NCBI GenBank assembly: GCA_032718475.1
Contig: JAUCBJ010002704.1
Coordinates: forward strand, 1 to 42,332
DNA from: Nemertoderma westbladi
Lineage: Eukaryota > Animalia > Xenacoelomorpha
Direction of reading: 5' to 3'
Length of the DNA stretch: 42,332 nt
Made by a program: the position numbers and the translations under genes. Shown one piece after another: positions 33,811 to 42,332 of this stretch (position 1 is its first letter; the number at the start of each line of letters is the position of its first letter). The notes beneath the pieces are model-generated. The model was not told where the DNA came from. It saw only the letters and a list, made by a program, of their open reading frames with translations, and searched no databases.

Positions 33811-34302
33811 TACTGACTCATCCAAACTCCTCTCTCGGGATGACCAGGCAGCGTTGAAAATCCTGAACGAGTCTACCACACACGTCAATGGCCACTACCA
33901 GAACTCTCATCTGTGGAAATTTAAAGTTGCGCTTCACCCAACAACTACGAGATGGCGAAATGGGGGCGTAATGCGTCGCGTAAACAGGATCGTTAAACTT
34001 GTCGAGCAGTATACTCGGAACCTTCTCGGTTATGTCAATCGGGATTTCACTGAGAAGGTCCCTGCGGATCAACTCGATGGCCCCCAGGTACCTCTCCCAC
34101 CATCCCGTGTTTCATCCACAGAAAGACAAAAGGCATATTGTGTTTAACGCCTCCACCTGCTACAGCCGGATATAGCTCAACGACACAGTTTATCGGGGCC
34201 CCGATTACCTTTCCAGTTTGGTCGTGATGCTGCTCCGGTTCAAACAAAACTCGTTCGCCGTTTCCGGAGACATTAGCGCCATGTACCACCAGGTTCGAGA
34301 CC
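33811..34302 (+). mobile_element. Old BEL/Pao pol fragment, right part (RT N-terminus), starting with the right 54-bp TSD copy
   Basis: LSRDDQAALKILNESTTHVNGHY, YLSHHPVFHPQK, IVFNAS, SLNDTV..GPDYLSSLVVMLLRFKQ..AVSGDISAMYHQV across frameshifts. Confidence 0.85.
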
Positions 34303-35222
34303 ACCTTCGCCCCAGTTCAACCACCTCACACCCATACCCGCTTGATTGATTGTCGTGATCGTGACGCTCACCATACTGACAGTATCCTGACGGTATATTG
34401 TATCATGTGTGTACACAGTTCCCCGGCGTAAATGCTATATCATGTATATTTCTGCAGCTCGATCGGTGATCATTTATATATATTTTCTCCCAATTTGTGC
34501 TCTTACTTATTAATTTCATTTATTATTGTTACCCGTGAATATCGTGCATTTTTTATGTTACATTTTGTAATGGATTAAACAAATATATATTGTGAACAAT
34601 GGTGAATTTTGTGTTATTTCTTCAGAATTCGGAAAAACCATGTGGTGTGTAATACTATTTCTAAAATTGGTAACTCGGTTTACTGTATTGCAAAATACTG
34701 AATTACGTGATTTTATTGCAGTATTCTCCTGAGATTTTGAGTGTTGTCCCCACACGTTTGCCTGTTTTCTTGCGACCTGCCGGCGAAATGCGGAAGAACC
34801 GAAACCTGGCTGAATTACTTTTCGGATTACGATCTACTGTTATTTTAACTGTTATCACAAATCATGACCTACTATAGATACGACCCGCCAAACTGCTGCA
34901 AAGCCCATAAACTTAGTGGGCCAGTTATTGCTCTTAGATAGAACCCCTGAAAGAATATGTCTAGCGCGTCGAAAGTTATTGTTCCTAACTAAAATTATGT
35001 CCTCTATCAAATGAGACAAATAAAAATGCAATAGCTCAAGTTGTTGTCGAGATGTGAGGAGTTCCTGGCACCCATACCATATCAGCACTTTTCGGAATTG
35101 ATAAAATTACTCAAAATACATCACCCTTCAAGACTTTGGTATAACCATTAAACCAATATTATGCTTTATTGGTTAGTCGAATTAATTATTAGTAATCGAA
35201 AGCGAAATTAGAATAAAATCTT

Positions 35223-35492
35223 AATAATAATAATAATAATAATATTGGTTATTTATATAGCGCTTTTCTACGCTCAGCATACTCAAAGCGCTTTTATTAT
35301 CATTACCCCAGCAAAGCCAGGTTCCCATTATACCGCTGGGTTGGCTGGCGTAGGCACTAATGTCTAAAGTGTCTTGCCTAGGGACACAACAGTGCGAAAT
35401 TTCTACAGCCTTTAGTCTTATTCGAACCTGCACCACCAAACACTATTGTGTAAGCAGTTCAGGCGCCGTATCCAGTCGGACACTGCGACACG
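35223..35492 (-). mobile_element. tRNA-derived SINE with CORE/V-like body and L2-like tail
   Basis: On the minus strand: A-box-like GTGTCCGACTGG, B-box GGTTCGAAT, TTGTGTCCCTAGGCAAGACACTT, AAAGCGCTTTGAG...GAAAAGCGCTATATAAAT and (ATT)n tail; TSD AATCTT at 35217-35222 and 35493-35498. Confidence 0.85.
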
Positions 35493-36199
35493 AATCTTCA
35501 TTGTTTATTTTATAATAGACACTAAAAGAGCACCAAAATTACATGTAGCTCGAAATTTTCAAATAGCCAAAAGTGGTAATTTGGCCGTATAACACCAGAT
35601 GACACCAGGGCGTTCCACTAACATTTGTACATTTCGACGGGCGATATATTCAGAAAACTCAGAATCTGTTCCGAATTCAGTGTGCTAAATGCCTCAAATT
35701 CCTCGGAGACCGCCACTAAAAAGAATATATCGTCCATCGTCCATCGAAATGTGTAATTCTCCTGCCTAATCCAGCGGGACTCCTATCTGAATCGCCCGAA
35801 GACATATCAGCCCTTTCGGAGGATTTCAAGTATGACAATGTGCGTGGCCACCTTAACAGTGTTCGCTTCTTACTATCTTGGATTTAATAGACAAATGTTA
35901 TTGATACATAATAGATATGTTGAGATAAATTAATATTACGACTTCAATATAATGAGGAACTGATATTATTTAGGGGAATTATTATTAACTGCAATTATTG
36001 ATGTAATGGAGTATGGAGTATGGTTACGAGTATGGTTTATTTTTCTCTACTCTACTATGTGTTTGATGCGGAATTAAGAGATTCATATTCAGTTACTACC
36101 GTAATCCTGATTTACCGGTACGTTTAACCCATCTGCTATCTGGCCCGGGCTATATTACTGCAGTTCCTACTTAATTGGGCCGTGGAGGGGGGGTAGATT

Positions 36200-36960
36200 T
36201 GGCTCAAAAATTACAATTTTGATGGTATAAGGGATTTCGAGGACGCTGATCACGATAAAACTTGTTAAAAATATTTTCTGGCAATGCATCAATCATTTTT
36301 GGTACTATTTTGGCCCCCAGGACGAAAAGTACAAGTAAAAAATTGTCAAATTAAACATTTTGTGTTTGCTTTGATAATTCTGAACGTATACGGGTTTTCG
36401 AGGTTTTCAAGAGTCGCTGATCACGATGAAAGTAGTTAGTGCCATTCTGGTGCCCCAGAACGAAAAGTACAAGTAGTAAAAATTTGAAACTGTTAAATTT
36501 TGCCTTTGGTTTGGTAATTCTGAAGCTATACTGGTTTTCAAAGCCGCTGATAACGATACAACTCGTTAAAAAGAATTCGTGGTATCGCAACTATCGTTTT
36601 TGGTGTTTGTCTGGTGGGACGAAAAATACAAGTGCATAAAATTTTAAACAGCAAGAATCGAATTTGGTTGGATAATACGATATTTTTGGGTGTCATATAC
36701 TTGATCAGCATCCCTGAAAACCCATAATGTCATAAAATGAGGTTGATTCGGAAATGATTTTTAATTATCAAATTTGTGCTACTTGTATTTTTCGTGCCGC
36801 ACATTGACATTGACACGTATTCAACAAGGTACGATATATTTCAGTGTCATATTTGGATCAGCATCCCGAAAAACCCATTTGGATATAAAATCAATTTGTT
36901 TTCGTGGTAATTTTTCATTTTTATATTTCCACTACTTGTTTTTTTCGTGCTCCAGGGGGT
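36200..36960. mobile_element. Non-autonomous DNA element with direct and inverted subterminal repeats
   Basis: GGTTTTC..G..GCTGAT.ACGAT..ACGAAAA.TACAAGT units (~36231, 36402, 36533) are followed by inverted units GATCAGCATCCC..AAAACCC..ACTTG..TTTTCGTG (~36703, 36856). Confidence 0.6.
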
Positions 36961-37483
36961 ACAAATAGAAAAAATTGACTAATAACTAATATATCAACAT
37001 GCCTAGGTTGTTGTTATACAGTATTACACAACTCTTCGATATGCTTGATGCAGGTAGAGGAATAAACCTTCCCAAAGAAATCAGCACATTCTAAAACCTT
37101 AGTAGCCAAACTGTGTGGCCAATTTACCACGTTTGAAAAAAGTGCTACTTGCACTTTTGGTGCTCTTTTAGTTTATATTGATAAAAAAAATGAAAATGTT
37201 GCTTCTAATCTTGCTTTCGATTACTAATAATGAATTCAACAAACCAAAAAAGCATAGTATGGTTTAATGGTTATACCGAAGTCTTTGAAGGGTGATGTAT
37301 TTTGAGTAATTTTATCAATTCCGAAAGATATGGTATGGGTGCCAGGAATGCCTCATATCTCGAAAACTTACTGGAGTTGTTAATTTTTTATTAGTCCCAT
37401 CTGAAAGAGGACATAATTATAGACGCGAATATAAAACCTATCCCAAATTAGGTATTTATAAAATCAATCACTGTTAAAAAATA

Positions 37484-38160
37484 TGTGGCGTGTCAAGTAG
37501 AAACGGATTATATAAAAAAAGGCGTTCTGAGAAAAACGCATTTAAGGTTTTATGATGTATATTTTTTTTCTTGCAAGACCTTATGGGCTAGAACAACAGT
37601 TTCTGACTCAAAATTTTACGAGGAATCCGAAAATTTCGATTTAAACCACGTAGACGCAATCCTTTGTGAACAAATATCTAATGACAGACAAATTGGCAAA
37701 ATGACGGACAGTCAGACAGGCGGACAGACAGTCTAGATTTCGTGAAATGTGAAAACTGACATCGGAAATGAAATCACGAACCCGAGAAACCCCAATAGCA
37801 AAAATTTAGATAGTTTGTACGCTTTCTTAATGTTTGACGGACAGTCTGACAAAAAGACGGACAGACAGACAAATGGACAGACAATCTATGTTACGTAAAA
37901 TGTTAAAACTAACATCGGAAATGAAACCACGAACCCAAAAAACCTCTTAGCGAGAATTTTAGTTAGCCTGTATTCTTTCTTAATGTTTGACATACAAACA
38001 GACTCACCCTTTAGTTTTCGTAAAATTATTCCAAAATGGATATGATAGAAGCTAAGTGTAATAATACCACAAGATAGCCCGAAAAATTCTCTACCACCCT
38101 ATCCACCATAAAAAAATATGGATTTTTTTTATAAAATCCGTTTCTACTTGACATGCCTCA
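37484..38160. mobile_element. Tc1/mariner-like MITE with ~37-bp TIRs and TA TSD
   Basis: TA|TGTGGCGTGTCAAGTAGAAACGGATTATATAAAAAAA ... TTTTTTTATAAAATCCGTTTCTACTTGACATGCCTCA|TA; internal GACA-rich repeats and a ~150-bp-period duplication. Confidence 0.8.
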
Positions 38161-39718
38161 TATTAAAGAATCTTACAATAGATTGTTTTGTTTACTATTT
38201 ACATTAAATTGGTATCAAATCAATTACAACAAAAATTCCTTATGTATATTGTTAATACTACTGTTAATACTATTAAATTGATTGAATTTTAAATTTCCCT
38301 CCTACAATAGTTCAGCAATACTATGACAGTTTCAGAGACAGGTCAGTTTACGGGTCATTTTTATGGTCATAAATAATAATATGAAAATTAATTTTTGTTT
38401 TAAGATAAAGAATAATAAATTTTAGGAAAAGTAACGGAATTTCACTTGCAATAAATGTGGTTTGGCTTTGAACCAAGCAATCAAATAAAGTGCGTCTCCA
38501 AAAGTCCCCCCCCCCCGGTATGGATAGGGTTAATAATAACAATACTTCCATACCAGTACTATTGTTATTATTGTATACAAATATACACGGTATAATCACT
38601 AAGACACTAACTTGAACTTAGCAACAACAGCAAATATTCCCGCAGCCATGGTAAGATAATGATGTATAATCTCAAGAGTGATGATTTATAGTCGAAATTT
38701 ATCGAAATAATAATAGTCAGTCTTCTCCAATTTAGGCAATCGAAGTCAATGAAATGTGAGTAAATTTTATGCTTAAAACAAATTATTTGTAAGGAATCAT
38801 TTGAAATGGAAACTTAGTTGAATAACATGTGATTACACACCAATAAATAATATGTACTGTGAGTTAATTAGTTGTACACTGCCGTTCATTGACACTGTGT
38901 ATGGCGGGTATTAAATCCTAATAGGGTTTTATTAGTTCTTAGCGAGATAAATAAATTAATGCCGGCGAATTGGCAAAGGGTATGCATTGCATATAGTAAG
39001 AATAAACCAAGGTGGTTTTTAATTGCGCAAGGCGCTTTTATTACGCATCCAATCTAATGGAAATATGTAAATGAAGTGAAATTATCGCCAGGCAATAAAA
39101 TGTATACACGGTTCCTTTTTTTTGAATTTGAACTCACAAAAAAGACACGGCGTTATTTATATAGTAATGTATTACTTAACAAGAGAGCAGGGGAAATAAT
39201 CAGTGGACCTGTGATTAAAATAAACTTCAGTGGCAGATCGATTTTATACTCGGAAATATAAAAATGGTAAAGGCCTATTTATATAATCCGAATTATTATC
39301 TCCCAGGACTTCGATTAAATCTTAATCTTGACTTTTTCTATGATCAACCAGTTAAGAGTCTTACTTAATTAAATATTTCGTACTTTGGGAATCGATAGTT
39401 AATTAAACTTTATCAAATTGATTATTTTCAGTTAAATATAAGTCTGAAAACAACCCTGTGCGCCAAAACAAACCGTCAAAATTTTAAAAGAGAAAACATT
39501 GAAGTCTATGAGGGTAGCCAGGGACGGATTAACTGTGGTGGTAGACTCTAATAGTGAGTTATTGGTGATATAGATAAAGGAGGGTTGCACAAAAATAAAC
39601 ATAAAACAATATATTTCACATATTTTGTAATGCATCTACGATACTACTGTACATATCGATTCAAGCCTCCTTCACTGCCCACGTGTTTTAAAAACGCATT
39701 TTGTACGGAAAGAGCTTA

Positions 39719-39870
39719 ACAGTTATTGTACTGTTAACGGTGATATTGTATTGTATTGTATTGTGGTACCGGTACTGTGATATTGTACAGTTATTGTACT
39801 GTTAACGGTGATATTGTATTGTATTGTATTGTGGTACCGGTACTGTGATATTGTACAGTTATTGTACTGT
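39719..39870. repeat. 68-bp tandem repeat, ~2.2 copies, with (TATTG)n core
   Basis: ACAGTTATTGTACTGTT starts at 39719, 39787 and 39855. Confidence 0.85.
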
Positions 39871-40276
39871 TATTGTTAACTGTATTATCTTTTTAACATC
39901 ATCCATACCTACTGTAGTTTTGAAACGAAAAGTTAATTTATCTAACATAAATAAAGCATCACATTTATATGTCATTTGGACAGTGCTATCAAAACCGGGC
40001 TTAACACACTAGGAAAACATATTGTAAGAGTCCTGCAAAATAGTGAGTAATAATTATCAAGAAATTCAAAATTACTTTTCGCTATAAATCTGTTTATAAT
40101 TGAACTTATCACCCAGCACGCTCTGCTCTAGAGAACCATATGCACACACCACCAACCAGACAGACCCTGTACAGCGTTTGAAGTGAAGTCATTAGTCCCC
40201 CAAGCTTATTGACATTTGAACAGAGCCGCCTCAGCATAGTAGGTCATTACAGACTGACTTTATTGAGACGCCTCTG

Positions 40277-40402
40277 AAAGGACATTGGCCTTGAAGATGC
40301 GGATGATATCGCCAAAATCACCTGGAGTAGTAGCGGCGCAATGTTGTTGCTAAGCCGGCACAGCATTCTTAACACGGCTGCCCCGCAGCGTGCTGATTAT
40401 AG
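40277..40402 (+). mobile_element. Diverged 3' fragment of the RTE LINE
   Basis: AAAGGACATTGGCCTTGAAGATGCGGATGAT...AAGCCGGCACAGCATTCTTAA matches ~33669-33800. Confidence 0.8.
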
Positions 40403-40530
40403 ATACAGAACAAGCCATCTTGCTGTTCCCATAGGTCGGTATTTTATTACCACTGTTTTCTTTTCCTTAAATGTTTTCCTAGTGTTTTACTGTTTTACTA
40501 ATTGAGAACTTCAGCCCTTATGGACAGAAA

Positions 40531-40781
40531 TACTACTAGGATCGGCATGCTGCATTGCAGCTGCATTTTTAAGAATGCTGTGCCGGCTTGTCGACAAAAT
40601 TGCGCCGCCACAACTCCCTAACACCCATGACATTTGCTAGATAATCCGAATCTTTAAAGCCAGTGTCCTTTAAGATGCGTCTCAAGAAAGTCATGGGCTG
40701 TCCACCATGCTTATTCACTCCATGAGGCTGACAAAGCACAAGATTATGCACTGGCTGTTCCTCACGGCAAAAGCAATGTCC
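40531..40781 (-). mobile_element. 3' fragment of the RTE LINE with (TAG)n tail
   Basis: HNLVLCQPHGVNKHGGQPMTFLRRILKDTG..ELWRRNFVDKPAQHS plus the 3' UTR; reverse complement of ~33559-33812. Confidence 0.9.
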
Positions 40782-41514
40782 AGAAATAGCAGACGCAGAC
40801 AGGATTGTATCTATAAAAAAACCTCATAATACAGATACGCGTTATTACAGAGGGTCTAGGGGACAGTTCAAAGTATTATTGGGTGAATAACAATAAATAA
40901 TTATTCGTGATTAAAATGTTACTGATAAATAAATATAGCTCATCAGTAATTTATCTCTTCGAAGTACAAGGCGTAAATCTCAATAAAATCCAAGTAAGAT
41001 ATTCAAGCCATGCCATTAGTTAAATAGCAGGAATGAAGATTGCTAGTCCATTGTCTAGTGCATTGTGGACTTTTGATTGTTCACAATTTCGTTCAAATAA
41101 CTAAATAAATCCTCTATAATAAAAACTATCGAGACAAAATGAATCGATATTTTACAGTAAAAGTTTGACCAACTGTATCGTAAAGTTAGCTTGAGGTTCA
41201 AGTTAAAGTTAACTTGATCATAGAATATAAATATATTATTACATTATTAAAAACATTAACAATACACAAAACTGTACTAAAGGTATTGTCTAAGCTTAAA
41301 ATGACATTGCGTACACGTAGGTCGTACATTTTACAGTAATTACAGAACACAGTAAATTTATTTTTAACCTTAAAAGGTTATAAATTCTTTATTTTAAATA
41401 AGTTAATATAATAAATAATTACAGTATATAATATTATTAATTAATAATAATAATAGCCTTACAGCCGACATTCCAATTTATTTCTTATTGAATTTATTTA
41501 TTTGCTTATTAAAG

Positions 41515-42332
41515 ATGCCCCGTCTAAGAAAATGGGTGCTGAGGGGGAACCTCAACAGAATGCCAACACAGTCTGACTTCCGAATGGAAGAAAGTGAAGC
41601 ACCCGGGCTGAACGAGGGAGATATATTGGTCGAAACGCTATACGTCTCTGTCGACATCGGTTCCGTTCTGGCGAAGGTTGTTCGTTCGAGAAACTCAAAG
41701 TATCCGCCAGGGTGCCATGTTGTGTCATACAGTGGGTTGGTTGACGGCGCTGTCATCCCTAAAGCCGTAGCTGACATGCCTGAACCTCTATCGGTAAGCA
41801 TTGTAGACGATATTAAGGGGTTGCACATGTCGCTGCATTTAGGATGTCTGGGATTGGCCGGTCTCAGCGCATATTTCGGGTTGACGCGTATCCTTGAAGC
41901 GAAAGCCGGAGAAACGATAGTCATAAACGGAGCTTCGGGAGCGGTGGGCAGCGTTGTGGGGCAGATCGCAAAGATTATAGGCTGTACGAAGGTGATTGGA
42001 ATAACAGGCAGTACAGAGAAAAGCGAGTGGTTGAAATCAATAGGATTTGATCACGCTTTGATTTACGGGGGACTAGCGTCAACTCTACGAAGGGTAGCCC
42101 CGGAAGGAGTCCATTGTTTCTTTGATAACATGGGGGTCAGTCCGTCCTCCAACACGGTGATAGCCCATATGAATAGTAGAGGACGCATTGCGGTATGCGG
42201 GGCCATATCCGGCTACATAGAAGATATGCCGCCCAGCGCTATGATGGTTCAACCTCTGTTGATACGGAAGGAGCTGCGGATGGAAGGGTTCTCAGTGAAC
42301 AGATGGGATGCAGAGGAACGCAAAGCTGCCGT
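41515..42332 (+). CDS. PTGR1: Prostaglandin reductase 1-like NADP-dependent MDR oxidoreductase, runs off the window end
   Basis: Manual translation: MPRLRKWVLRG..PTQSDFRMEE..LYVSVD..LGCLGLAGLSAYFGL..GETIVINGASGAVGSVVGQIAKIIGC..GSTEK..GFDH..APEGVHCFFDNMG..MNSRGRIAVCGAISGY..LRMEGF. No stop or intron in 818 nt; absent from the ORF track because it has no stop codon in the window. Confidence 0.92.
   Translation, partial: MPRLRKWVLRGNLNRMPTQSDFRMEESEAPGLNEGDILVETLYVSVDIGSVLAKVVRSRNSKYPPGCHVVSYSGLVDGAVIPKAVADMPEPLSVSIVDDIKGLHMSLHLGCLGLAGLSAYFGLTRILEAKAGETIVINGASGAVGSVVGQIAKIIGCTKVIGITGSTEKSEWLKSIGFDHALIYGGLASTLRRVAPEGVHCFFDNMGVSPSSNTVIAHMNSRGRIAVCGAISGYIEDMPPSAMMVQPLLIRKELRMEGFSVNRWDAEERKAA

Larger units (their letters stand above)
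34992..37418. mobile_element. Foldback/MITE-like element or inverted pair of copies with ~300-bp arms
   Basis: 34992-35587 (minus the SINE) is the diverged reverse complement of ~37115-37418, e.g. TTCGGAATTGATAAAATTACTCAAAATACATCACCCTTCAA vs TTGAAGGGTGATGTATTTTGAGTAATTTTATCAATTCCGAA. Confidence 0.75.

Noticed and set aside
41478-41924. 148-aa minus-strand ORF
   Set aside because: Antisense shadow of the PTGR1-like CDS.

Overview
Repeat-dominated, AT-rich eukaryotic (invertebrate-like) genomic DNA. The centre is a three-layer nest. An old, decayed BEL/Pao pol fragment (~13274-34302) is split by a 5'-truncated RTE-clade LINE (13999-33810; 54-bp target-site duplication, (TAG)n tail). That LINE is split in its RT by a very young 17,348-bp BEL/Pao LTR retrotransposon (15678-33025; 1169-bp LTRs with only 2 mismatches seen by eye, GAAGT TSD). 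The young element is the most unusual feature. It has no tRNA primer-binding site; the 11 nt right after the 5' LTR (ATAACAGATAT) are perfectly complementary to an 11-mer inside its own LTR, the Tf1-type self-priming layout. Its 2.2-kb leader holds twin ~260-nt G.U-rich hairpins with compensatory changes and an array of ATACCGGTAT palindromes. A 4.7-kb region after pol encodes a 132-aa ORF and a 591-aa non-Env Cys/His-knuckle protein with a basic tail. Elsewhere: a ~4-kb 63-bp satellite apparently inside a decayed Copia element, a minimal hammerhead ribozyme in a Penelope-like remnant, a tRNA-derived SINE, MITEs, RTE 3' fragments, and an intronless prostaglandin reductase 1-like gene at the right edge that lacks the conserved PYMR segment. 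All calls are from manual reading; no searches were run.
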